In this document: in pieces, positions 46,101-55,173 of the stretch
Layout: each line of letters begins with the position of its first letter
How positions within the stretch are numbered: position 1 is the stretch's first letter
Assembly (NCBI GenBank): GCA_016182555.1
Contig: JACPGJ010000007.1
Location: forward strand, 128,053-192,052
DNA length: 64,000 nt
Direction: 5' to 3'
Source of the DNA: Candidatus Kerfeldbacteria bacterium
Lineage (GTDB): Bacteria; Patescibacteriota; Patescibacteriia; UBA9570; XYC2-FULL-38-9
Notes under the pieces: generated by a model
What the model was told of the DNA's origin: nothing
Database searches by the model: none
Seen by the model: only the letters and a program-made list of their open reading frames with translations
Made by a program: the position numbers and the translations under genes

Positions 46101-49100
46101 TACAAATGCCGGGTTATTCGCATCATTATCTTCGCGGAAAAACAAAGTGGAAGAAGAGGCTGGATCAAATTTATTTTCAATGGTGATCGGGCCAAGCACA
46201 TAGTGTTCGTAACTCGTGCTGAAGGTGAAATTGGAAACACTTGTCTGAATATCGGAGCTTATGTCGGTTAAAATAGTACTGTAGCTACCAGATATATCGT
46301 ACATACTCCCACCAAATGTTGGAGTAATGTCATTATATGCATAAACCGATGCAGGCTTCGTACAAGATGATTGGCCGCTGTCGCCACATGCGCTATTTAA
46401 CTCTTCCGCGTCACTCGCGATTGCCGGGCTATCATTACCAAACACAATGCTATAGAGGGTGTATGGTGTTTTCTGGAATTCGGCAATAAAATTTGTTTCG
46501 TCTGTTGGGTCCCATGCCGATGCGGTTTCCTCATCTTCTGCGGTGTCCGAATCGATATAGGTATCTTGTTCCGGCACAGTATCGGTAAGCAACACAATAA
46601 ATTGACCGGCGCCGGAACGAAAATCAATAGTACTGGTACCCGCACTATAGGTAAATGTGTTGTCAGCGATATTTTTTAATGCCTGGTAATTGTACGCCGA
46701 ACCACTTTCGAGATGGCCTGCGATAAAGTTCATGGCGGTTTGGAATGTGCTTGCACTGCTGGTCGTACTGGTGGTAATACCGTTGGTTGCACCATAATCA
46801 GTGGAGGCGTCACCACTGTCATCATAATCGCTGAAATCTAAAATTGCTGGGGTGCGGCCACCACCGGTAGTGACAATCGACACCTGGTAATCGATACCCG
46901 AATCTTCCAACCCTTGCACAATCGCACTGGTATTTGTAGCAATATTCGAAATATACGTTGACATACTCCCAGAAGCATCTATCACAAATACCAAATCTGC
47001 CTTCGCGTGGCCGGTTTCAAAATAATCCACATTTTCGAAATCGCTATCATGGGTGATGCCGATTTGCATCAAATCTTGCTCGGTCACATAATCAATAAAC
47101 TGTGCGTCAAAAGACAAGGTATATTCTTGACCCGGAATAATAGAACTCAAATCCACCGCCAGACCTTCTTGTGCACCGGTGGTTTGTGGCTGTACATACA
47201 TAACATTGTTCAAATCGAGTGTGGAGGCTGCCACTGCTGAACCTAAAACATCAACATCGGGGTGTGTATAATCTAATCCATCCTGGTAATCAATAATCAC
47301 CATTTGCGCATCACTCAGTGTGGTCCAATGGTTCCCCCCCCATATTTCGGTGGTTGTACCATCATCATTAACCGTTTGGACTACATTCTCACACCACCCT
47401 TGTTCATATTCAATATCTTCAATATTCGTATCAGTGGCTTTCTCAGCCTGCGCATCATCGCTAGCTATCACTGTTTGTACCACACTGTCGGTTTCAAGCG
47501 TGCGACAATGGTAATCCAGTGTACAGCTCATACTCTTATCACGCTGGCGTTCTAATTTGTTTACCGTAGAAGCATCGTAAATCAAATTTGTATCGGTGTA
47601 GCTGCCAATACCATCACAAGACACCTCTTCAAAATCACCCATCGGAACTAATTCGTCTTTCGCGCCACCCAAACCACGTTCAGGAATCCAATCTTCGGGG
47701 TAGTAGCCGTATGTTATTGCGTCTTCACACGTTGCATCACTATCACACACATTACCGCTGTTTGCTCCACCAACGCACGTTAGGCTGCTATCATCACAAT
47801 ATGCCCCAACCCATTGGCCACCAACCGAAGCGAACCCAGAGACATCAGCAATTTTTGCTAAATCAGAGGTATCACCAGGCTCCGAAACTACACTCACATC
47901 ATCATCATAACCAAGGGAACTAGCATCTGCTTGATCGGCCCATTGTAAACATTCACCCGTTGATTCATTTCGTTTTTTACACGTACGAATTTCCAAACAC
48001 GTTCCACCATTTTCGCTATCGCTGGTGCTATTGGGGTCCACTAAGGCGCACGCTAACCACTGCGCACATTCACGATCATTACGCACTTTCAGGATGGTAT
48101 TTGCATCTGCCGTATTCGGGCGAGAATCACAATTCGTGGTTCTGGTCGCCGCGTTGTATTCGCAGGTGGTAAAACTATACGACGTCTGCGTCTTGTTTGC
48201 TGCCGTTTGTTCTTCTTCTACGCTTGAAAGGTAAGATAATGAATCGTTCGTCGCATCACGGAACGCCACACAACCACTATCAATATTCACCACACCGGCG
48301 CAGGTATTTTCTTCCGATTCTGGTGCGCCATCAACGGAACTACTGATATAGGTATATTCCTCTTGCGGTGCAAATTCTAAGTTATCAAAGTAGACGGCTG
48401 AAGAATCATTTCCAGTTTCAATAAACACTTTCACGAAATAGGCATCAGCGGGAAATTCATGAATAAGATTCCGACCGATGGTTGCTTCAAAGCGAACCCA
48501 TTGATTGGTTGGAATCGTATCATCTGTTTCTGCACGGTCAACGCCTTCGTACGCCGCAATCGCATAATCAGAAGCAACATCATTTTCTACCGCTATCTCT
48601 TCACCTTGCAAATCGTAATAGAACAACCCAATCGCAAACGGCGTATCGGCGTTAGTCAGATACACATCTCCGGTGAGCGTATACATTCCATTCACATCAA
48701 CCGTGACCGTGTCTGATGTTGCCATACAATGTGTTGCGCTGTTCGTATTGGTGGCGAGCTTAAACGACATACCTGCATCAAAACTTGGTTCAGCGTCGCC
48801 AGAGACACCAAACGAATTACACGCAATAGTGGTTTGCGAATCGGCGTTGGCAAAAAATTCATTGCTGGTACCCGAACTTACCGCACTCCAGTTATCGGGA
48901 ATACCATCTGGAGAACCATCTGTGATATTCGTATTACTTCCTACATCTGTATTCATATTCCCGTTCGTCACCAAAGATTCCGTATTTGGGTCGACATATA
49001 AGGTACAACCAGCAAAATCATCATTACACGAACCGACCCAACCGGAATTGTCATCAACATTAGCAGAACAGCGGTGAATCACACCATCAGCGCCGGTACA

Positions 49101-52100
49101 ATCGGTATCTGAACTACACAATTTTTGGTCACGATCGCCGCCCACACAAATCGCTCCTTTTGGTTGCGATGGCGCAAGAGACCATTCACCATCACTTTGC
49201 AGCGGACAAGGCGTACCATCTGGTTTTTCCCATTCGCCAGCCGCATCATTATAGGTACACAGTTTTTCTCCAGGATTCTGGAAATATTCCACCGAACCGT
49301 CCGCGGTGGTGTAGGCGCTACAAGAACGTTGCTGCTCTTGGCAGAGCGCCGTATCATACGTATCAGGATCATTAATGAGGTACGTAGAATTAAAGGAGGT
49401 CACATTTCCATCTGCATCTAGTGTTGGTTCACCAAACAGTGAACAACCAGCAACATCATCACTACTACACATAACTGAATCATTCACAGCGTAGGTCACC
49501 ACATTATCAACCGGCACGCTCACATCATCTTCACTATATTCATTATCCGTATTGTAATCCTGTTGATATGGTGAATCCGAATTATGGGTATCAAACAACG
49601 CCTGGCAGCCCACCACGCTTTCATCACAGAGCGAGCTAAACGATTTGAGATACTGCGTTTCATCATCAGAATCCTTGTATTCCTCACAACCTTCAAAACC
49701 AGTACACAAATCTGAAGTACCATGAATGAGATAATGGCTCACATTCAACCGTAATTCCACTGTATCGATATTCGCTTGTTGCCCTTCATAGAAGAAGCCA
49801 AATGTTTCGTCGGAGTTCACCCCATTCGGGAATACAAATGGGCCAACCAAATATTCCTGCCATTCGGTGCCGAGCTCCACTCCGCTATCGTCAAGGTTTT
49901 GCACTTGGCCACTGGTGGCGGAGAAGAAGAATGGATACAAGTGTACGGTATCTGCCGCATTCGATTTTTTTGCCCAGAAGGAAACCACATAACTACTGTC
50001 TGCGTTTAACATTTCCGCAACGCTAGTCGTTGCCGATGTTTGACCATTCGTCGTGCCAGTGCCAATCGCCATCGACAAACCGGTATTGGCAGTAATCACT
50101 TCAGAAGATGCTTCCCCGCCACTCCAAACGCTGCTATCAAAATCTTCATCTAAAATCACCTGCGCATCGCCGCCTTGCGAACCTTCATATTCACGACACA
50201 AATTCGCACTCGAAGGACAACTCGTGCTTTCAGAAGTTAATGCATAATACGTTCTACCGTCTTCGTTATTGCGGATACCGCTACATTCATCGGATACCGC
50301 AATTGTTGCTGACTTCAACACATGATAGACTTCACCATCCGCATCATAATATTCCGTACAATCCGGGTTAGTGGCCATATCGCTTGCGGCGCACGTTTGC
50401 GGCGTGAGTTGGTCATCAATACAATCTGCTTGAGCGGTTTGTGCAGAACCACCATAGACATCCAAGTTCGTACACGGCGCGCTACTTGCATTACTCTTCT
50501 TCAAATACCACGTACGTAATTGATACCCAGAGACATCAGATCCTTCAAATGTATAGTAATATCCAATTTCGTCTGCATCAACTTGCGCCTGAGTTTCTTG
50601 AACACATTGTTTGATGTAGGTATAATATTCAATTTCTTCACCGCCAGTCGTTGTATTTTCCAAGTTGGTGTACGCTTCACAACCAACATAAGTCGCCGAA
50701 CAACTTTCACCAGTAGATGGAATAATCGAAATGGTTGGCAAACAGGCTGCGCCACCACACACATCGATCGTGCCGGATGGATCACACGCTGTTTCGCTAT
50801 CCTCACAATAATAACCGGTGCGAGAAAGTATGGCACTCACCGCATCGTCCGACATCGCATCAATCTGCTCCTGCGTGAAGCCAGAAATATCACTGATTGG
50901 TGCATTAAGCGATGTTGGATTTTCAATATAGGCATCACAACCCACCTGCTCTGCACTACATTGTGAACAGGCCGGGTTGTCTAAATTATCACCATTGCCA
51001 CAAGCGTCTGATAATGAATTCGTAATAATACCTGGAACAGCCGTGGTGCTTTCACCGCTTTGTGGGGTATACAGCATACAACCAACTTCATCAACGGAAC
51101 ACGCCTGTGCTTCATTCGTATTGATCGTAATACGGTCAGCACCATAATCCGTAAAACTGGTTAAGGCGTCATTAGTTTCGACAAGAGAAACCCCATCTAA
51201 CGCCAAGCTACAACCGGTTGTGGCATAAATATTTACACGAATTGTACTACTGTCTTCATCTGGCCCGAAAGTAACAATCCCGGAATTGATTTGTTGAAAA
51301 TCGCTGGCGGTTGTATATGACGCAGTGGCGGCATGCGATTCTCCGGAATCAGCATTAATTTCATAATTGCCTGTGCAGGAATCGGTATCAGAAGTATTTT
51401 TGTAAAAATAACTTAACACAAACGATCGGTTTGCGAGTGGCTGCACCGTATCCACCACGGCGCTGATATGTCCGTCGGAGTTATTTTCCTGCAATTCTAA
51501 CATCACGGAACCATTCAGTGCTTGTTGTACCGCACGTGCACTCACCCCATCTATTTGTGACCATCCATAACAGGTTCCATCAACTGAACTCTGGCAAGGT
51601 TCACCACTATTCACATCACCAGTGTCTCCATAAAAACCGAACGTATCTGCGCCGTAGGTCGAAGTTTCATCCAGACTTGGTAATGTCGCAATATCATCAA
51701 CGGTTGGATCTTTGAAACTATTAAACTCTTCAAAACTACCGTTAAAAAGAATATTCCCGCCTTTGAGTGAAATATATTCGGCGCAGCCACCATCGGCTGA
51801 ATCACACGCTTGTACATCATCATCAAAAGAAATGGCAGAATCGATATTCGCTTCTTCATCTGTCTGCGTACCAAGCGTACAGGTTGTATTGCCCTCTGTG
51901 GTACAGGAATATGCTCCATACTCTATGGTACAGGTTTGCGAGTCACTCGCTGTACAACTACACCCATTTTCGTCACCACAGACCGTATAGGTTTCTCCTT
52001 GATTGGCACACAGGAACTCTCCACTATCCGTGACTTCCGTACAATACCATTGACACCCCGCATTACTGGAATCACAATCGTTATAATTCAATGTATTTTG

Positions 52101-53870
52101 CAAATAGGATGCATCATTTCCATCTTCATCTGTATAAGATGTACACGATGCTTCATACGCCGGACAGGATTCACCTTCAAAGCGATAAATGCGTTTTTGT
52201 TTTGTGCAATAGCCATACGCCTCGCAATTACCGCTTTCATCTTCAGACAAACACGATTGTGAATCCACACAACTGGATAAACGGGTAATCAATTGTTCGT
52301 CTGGTGAGTACGGATTGCCATCTAAATCGGCAAAACTTTCGTTCGCAATGACCTCCCCATACGATTCTGTTTTACATAACACATCTGGGGCTTTGAGTAC
52401 CCAGTTCGGATCGATTAAACCACAATAGGGCGAATAATTATCAGTGCTACAATGATCAAAGGCATCGACTAATTGACCAAGGGTGACCTGATCTTCACTA
52501 GCATCTTTATCAAAATCTTGATAATAATTTGCGGCCAACTCCCACCCAACAGGTACCACGCTATATTGACGCAATACAATAACATTTCGCAACGAAATGC
52601 CATCATTCGGGTTCGTACTATCAACCCCGAAAGGAGTATCTGCGGGAATACGCTGAGCATCAATCGCTTCTTTCACAGACATTCCTTCTTCAATTGCTGA
52701 ACGGAACCCTTCATTGATAACGCAATTCGTCACATCTTGACCTTGTTCAGGGCAGTTGGCAAAATGGGTCAAAATATCGACAGTGCCACCACTCGTAAAC
52801 GCTGGTGTTCGAAATGATGCAAATTTTTCCTGCGCACCAATAATGCCGGAACTATGGCTGGTTGTTGACCCGGAACCGGATAACGACTCAGAAATATCTT
52901 TATCCGTAAAAAAACTTAATAAACCACTGCTCACATTTTCTAACAACTTGGCCGCCAGAGTATTCACAAATACAGACAACGCATCTGCAACGATATTATC
53001 TTGCTGAATCGTTTCTGCGCCCGTCGCATTGTTAATGGTGGTAACGAGTTGGTTCACCACAAGCGTGGAAGGCGTTTCAATATAGCCAGAAATTTTTGCT
53101 GCCTTATCCTTCGCGTCTGATTTCAACCGTTCAATTTCGGCCTCACGCTCTGCCGCTGCCTGTTCACCGCTAATATCATCCCAAGCGATAAGTAATGTGG
53201 ACAAACCATTGGCTCCATCATCATAGGTCGCAGATAAATTCACAAAGGATGTGGGGTCTTCTGCAAAACTCAATGCTTGGTCGTAGACATTATTTCCAAA
53301 ATTCGTGAGTGCCTCGCTCGCTTTACAACGTGCTTTATAGGGTAACTGTTCCTGTGGTAAATTCAGATTCGGCAAATCAATGCCGCTGAGCCGTGCCAGT
53401 GTGACATTCACATTAATACTCACGTCCGGATTCAAGTTACACAGATCGAGCTTCATATATCCATTTTCGCTCCCAAGCGTATCAAGAAATGCTCCAGCAG
53501 CAGAATCACCAGCGTCGGCTAAATAGCTACCAATATCTTTTGTAAACAGTAATGGCTTCTGATTTTTGTCTCCAGAACCAATCCAAACAGCGGTATCGTA
53601 GGCAATTTTTTCAAGGAATGAACGAATGGCATTTTTCACGCCCACTTTTCCAGCCGTGATCAAGCCCTCTTTCACAAACGTGAGCACTTTATTTGCAATA
53701 TCAGGCACACTCACCACCACCGATGTTGGAAGTTGCGCGTATGCTGGGGCAGGTGTGGCTCCAAACACCAAGACCATAAGCACAATAGCGAGAGAAGCAC
53801 TGATAGAAAAAATCTGTCGTTTTCCACGCTGAGCGAAAGATTGTAAACGTTTCCAAGCGTTGATATGCAT
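43122..53870 (-). CDS. Giant (~3,580 aa) secreted Cys/Asp-rich protein with vWA, CBM-like and Ca-binding repeat modules
   Basis: Uninterrupted 10.7-kb ORF; N-terminal signal/TM; DLVFVIDASGSM (MIDAS); NGSFE/MGDFE CBM-like starts; DTDGDGIPD repeats. Start set at MHINAW, just after the upstream stop. Confidence 0.85.
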   Translation of the reverse strand: MHINAWKRLQSFAQRGKRQIFSISASLAIVLMVLVFGATPAPAYAQLPTSVVVSVPDIANKVLTFVKEGLITAGKVGVKNAIRSFLEKIAYDTAVWIGSGDKNQKPLLFTKDIGSYLADAGDSAAGAFLDTLGSENGYMKLDLCNLNPDVSINVNVTLARLSGIDLPNLNLPQEQLPYKARCKASEALTNFGNNVYDQALSFAEDPTSFVNLSATYDDGANGLSTLLIAWDDISGEQAAAEREAEIERLKSDAKDKAAKISGYIETPSTLVVNQLVTTINNATGAETIQQDNIVADALSVFVNTLAAKLLENVSSGLLSFFTDKDISESLSGSGSTTSHSSGIIGAQEKFASFRTPAFTSGGTVDILTHFANCPEQGQDVTNCVINEGFRSAIEEGMSVKEAIDAQRIPADTPFGVDSTNPNDGISLRNVIVLRQYSVVPVGWELAANYYQDFDKDASEDQVTLGQLVDAFDHCSTDNYSPYCGLIDPNWVLKAPDVLCKTESYGEVIANESFADLDGNPYSPDEQLITRLSSCVDSQSCLSEDESGNCEAYGYCTKQKRIYRFEGESCPAYEASCTSYTDEDGNDASYLQNTLNYNDCDSSNAGCQWYCTEVTDSGEFLCANQGETYTVCGDENGCSCTASDSQTCTIEYGAYSCTTEGNTTCTLGTQTDEEANIDSAISFDDDVQACDSADGGCAEYISLKGGNILFNGSFEEFNSFKDPTVDDIATLPSLDETSTYGADTFGFYGDTGDVNSGEPCQSSVDGTCYGWSQIDGVSARAVQQALNGSVMLELQENNSDGHISAVVDTVQPLANRSFVLSYFYKNTSDTDSCTGNYEINADSGESHAATASYTTASDFQQINSGIVTFGPDEDSSTIRVNIYATTGCSLALDGVSLVETNDALTSFTDYGADRITINTNEAQACSVDEVGCMLYTPQSGESTTAVPGIITNSLSDACGNGDNLDNPACSQCSAEQVGCDAYIENPTSLNAPISDISGFTQEQIDAMSDDAVSAILSRTGYYCEDSETACDPSGTIDVCGGAACLPTISIIPSTGESCSATYVGCEAYTNLENTTTGGEEIEYYTYIKQCVQETQAQVDADEIGYYYTFEGSDVSGYQLRTWYLKKSNASSAPCTNLDVYGGSAQTAQADCIDDQLTPQTCAASDMATNPDCTEYYDADGEVYHVLKSATIAVSDECSGIRNNEDGRTYYALTSESTSCPSSANLCREYEGSQGGDAQVILDEDFDSSVWSGGEASSEVITANTGLSMAIGTGTTNGQTSATTSVAEMLNADSSYVVSFWAKKSNAADTVHLYPFFFSATSGQVQNLDDSGVELGTEWQEYLVGPFVFPNGVNSDETFGFFYEGQQANIDTVELRLNVSHYLIHGTSDLCTGFEGCEEYKDSDDETQYLKSFSSLCDESVVGCQALFDTHNSDSPYQQDYNTDNEYSEDDVSVPVDNVVTYAVNDSVMCSSDDVAGCSLFGEPTLDADGNVTSFNSTYLINDPDTYDTALCQEQQRSCSAYTTADGSVEYFQNPGEKLCTYNDAAGEWEKPDGTPCPLQSDGEWSLAPSQPKGAICVGGDRDQKLCSSDTDCTGADGVIHRCSANVDDNSGWVGSCNDDFAGCTLYVDPNTESLVTNGNMNTDVGSNTNITDGSPDGIPDNWSAVSSGTSNEFFANADSQTTIACNSFGVSGDAEPSFDAGMSFKLATNTNSATHCMATSDTVTVDVNGMYTLTGDVYLTNADTPFAIGLFYYDLQGEEIAVENDVASDYAIAAYEGVDRAETDDTIPTNQWVRFEATIGRNLIHEFPADAYFVKVFIETGNDSSAVYFDNLEFAPQEEYTYISSSVDGAPESEENTCAGVVNIDSGCVAFRDATNDSLSYLSSVEEEQTAANKTQTSYSFTTCEYNAATRTTNCDSRPNTADANTILKVRNDRECAQWLACALVDPNSTSDSENGGTCLEIRTCKKRNESTGECLQWADQADASSLGYDDDVSVVSEPGDTSDLAKIADVSGFASVGGQWVGAYCDDSSLTCVGGANSGNVCDSDATCEDAITYGYYPEDWIPERGLGGAKDELVPMGDFEEVSCDGIGSYTDTNLIYDASTVNKLERQRDKSMSCTLDYHCRTLETDSVVQTVIASDDAQAEKATDTNIEDIEYEQGWCENVVQTVNDDGTTTEIWGGNHWTTLSDAQMVIIDYQDGLDYTHPDVDVLGSAVAASTLDLNNVMYVQPQTTGAQEGLAVDLSSIIPGQEYTLSFDAQFIDYVTEQDLMQIGITHDSDFENVDYFETGHAKADLVFVIDASGSMSTYISNIATNTSAIVQGLEDSGIDYQVSIVTTGGGRTPAILDFSDYDDSGDASTDYGATNGITTSTTSSASTFQTAMNFIAGHLESGSAYNYQALKNIADNTFTYSAGTSTIDFRSGAGQFIVLLTDTVPEQDTYIDSDTAEDEETASAWDPTDETNFIAEFQKTPYTLYSIVFGNDSPAIASDAEELNSACGDSGQSSCTKPASVYAYNDITPTFGGSMYDISGSYSTILTDISSDIQTSVSNFTFSTSYEHYVLGPITIENKFDPASSSTLFFREDNDANNPAFVIDNVSLKPAIEVNKQHNPNSDNAAWLIGQSCRAYPEDSSLSCDYIDDSGVIYTGWKGYCLQQDLNDSSRCVAWWPVAGSSKNSSGTAVRYSQKYPVYHCLVAKGNANLGACLDDGTICTDKSDCGDSQCLGNGTSTYTVNNETVTVTTEGYKIINSVDLHIDDDPHGDYDEDNLEAAKFRRFPASNVDKLVHVSEIDSISFDIGTPENYGGKNYAHESNSWLIGKTSFDTADLETSTETLPEPENTARLYQSGYEEFSGAFDGEEINDNNEDAATAFQSGVWCGSSICTQDSIKSGLNDMDVVFVKAVTGKDAGFLIKGFNSDMYTVYNDQSIEDGIDSSVPLNPFSFSGLKSCTTGACSGAWAGDGIEGVISGTEDAGSQTLDGVSLDAHYFFSRYSYSSDYEVPSTFDTIYDGDCDDGSDGSPCGANIVGVNFDFNDGYLDAVYLFYWDGIRRWDVGDMKGVTWTYYLKEPCLLLVEGATEQAEATPWQERVTGSTGYQIPDVGYTYSMSGVNALFGSLRGDNNGSQPSQIDGIKNNGLSYFTASAEDNLPFVYLNQSEGSALPYACIGSCNATVCQNDYATAYSPTTALSACTNDSLWIGVAGICSSKDPNGQAVVCDSNDDCTAVGAGSTCEMGASYTATAAPATAAASLSTQGTFSAARCSTDGCDTSEETTIDMDTDTDGDGIPDINDTDDDDDGMIDSIDTDDDGDGILDVEEQESGSSSSGSNFGGLLSGAGVGADYTTYLDQLNAAASIAWKRYRLLFADMQGRTVWFANQDSTYTKRNEGLLSFVQDDKIDDTFPTAFTENGSFDFLDPDTMDVCENNTRTDDSEYCAVRPSISNMTVNTHTNEPIVIDSGDTVILGFDSSSDPDQEPVQQIQIDWKATDDSVFNTNDAQTDYWEAASTPGHSYTYVYTCDPTNPAENYHPNADDDTGRYACEFHIKVQIQDNWDFCSGDIHSGEADGDNVRTDYGDCTSYDEYTQTIYVKP

Positions 53871-53874
53871 ACGA

Positions 53875-54741
53875 CTATGGCTGCTGATTGGTGTTATTGG
53901 TATCATTCACATTCTCATTATCCGCTGGCGCATTGACATCTGGTTGCTTCAATGCTTGTTCAATAACGGTATTAAATAATTCATCGAGTTCCGTATCAGA
54001 GAGCTTATCAATTTCTGCACTTGATACACCAGATTTGGCTAACAATGCTCGTTTTTCATCTGCTGTCATGCTTCGAACGGCATCAGCATATTGGGTAATA
54101 TCGACCTGTGGATTCGTGCCATTTTTTGATTGTTCAACGGTTTGTTGGAAAGCCGCAATCAGCTGTTCATCATTCATCTTTTCTAAAACATCAACGGGCA
54201 CGCCATATTGCTGAAGTGTTGTACGCAGCTTGGCTGTATCAATGTTGCCGTTCTGATCGACACCAAGCAAATCGTCGGGGTTAAATTCGGCAAAGGCTTG
54301 TTGTGCATCGGTGGCTGTACCGTTGGTATTCCCATTGGTTCCTTCCGTGCGGGTTTGCGCACAATCTCCCCCTTCCGGGCAGTTAGGGTTCGTACCGGCA
54401 CTCAATTCATCTTTATCAGTAATGCTATCTGAGTCTGAATCCGCTAGATAAGCGCTGGTACTGTAATAATATTGCTCTTCAAAATCGCTTAAGCCATCAC
54501 TATCTGAATCTTGATTTTGCAATTCCGCTAATGATTTTGCTTCATCAGATTGGTCTAATGCGCTATTGGTATGCTGATTTGTTAATTGTTCACGAATTTT
54601 TGTTAGCACGGTTTTATCACGCGCGAATAAATGCGCACGCACTTGTAATGCTCCGGTAAAAAAAATAAGAATACTAATGATAAAAACCAACCACTTGGAC
54701 ACTTTTGGTACTGAATCAATGCTTTTTATTTTTTGCTCCAT
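53875..54741 (-). CDS. Single-pass protein with TSP3-like Ca-binding DSDSDG motifs
   Basis: TM, DSDSDGLSDFEE..Y.TS.YLADSDSD...D..E...GTNPNCPEG..C; 4 nt from the giant gene. Confidence 0.75.
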   Translation of the reverse strand: MEQKIKSIDSVPKVSKWLVFIISILIFFTGALQVRAHLFARDKTVLTKIREQLTNQHTNSALDQSDEAKSLAELQNQDSDSDGLSDFEEQYYYSTSAYLADSDSDSITDKDELSAGTNPNCPEGGDCAQTRTEGTNGNTNGTATDAQQAFAEFNPDDLLGVDQNGNIDTAKLRTTLQQYGVPVDVLEKMNDEQLIAAFQQTVEQSKNGTNPQVDITQYADAVRSMTADEKRALLAKSGVSSAEIDKLSDTELDELFNTVIEQALKQPDVNAPADNENVNDTNNTNQQP

Positions 54742-54853
54742 TTTTTGCCATTTTTTTGAAAAATGAATGGTGTGATTATATCATTTACTGTAGCGTTAGT
54801 CAAAGGCAAAAATAACGACTTGCAAAATTTAAAAATTTATGTTATAAATAAAG

Positions 54854-55168
54854 ATGATTATGGATATACAATTTCACGAACTGCTCCAAAAAATCGTTCG
54901 CGAAGCACACCACACTGAACTTCCAACAGCACTGGAAGAAAAAATGATTATGGATTTGTCTATCCAACTGGAGCAGAGGCTGGAAGACAGCATTGCGAAC
55001 GCCTTAACGCCTGAACAAAATATGGCGTACCAACAATTATTAGAAGCAGAGCACACACAAACACAGGTTCTTGAGTTTCTGCACACACATATTCCAAATA
55101 TCAAAAAACGTTTTGAAGAAACTATTGCCCAATTTCGACAAGATTATTTGACTACTGTTCAACGATAA
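54854..55168 (+). CDS. Small helical protein, DUF5663-like
   Basis: LEQRL...I...LTPEQ...Y..LL.......V.EFL...IPN pattern, characteristic of this CPR family. Confidence 0.65.
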   Translation: MIMDIQFHELLQKIVREAHHTELPTALEEKMIMDLSIQLEQRLEDSIANALTPEQNMAYQQLLEAEHTQTQVLEFLHTHIPNIKKRFEETIAQFRQDYLTTVQR

Positions 55169-55173
55169 TACCT

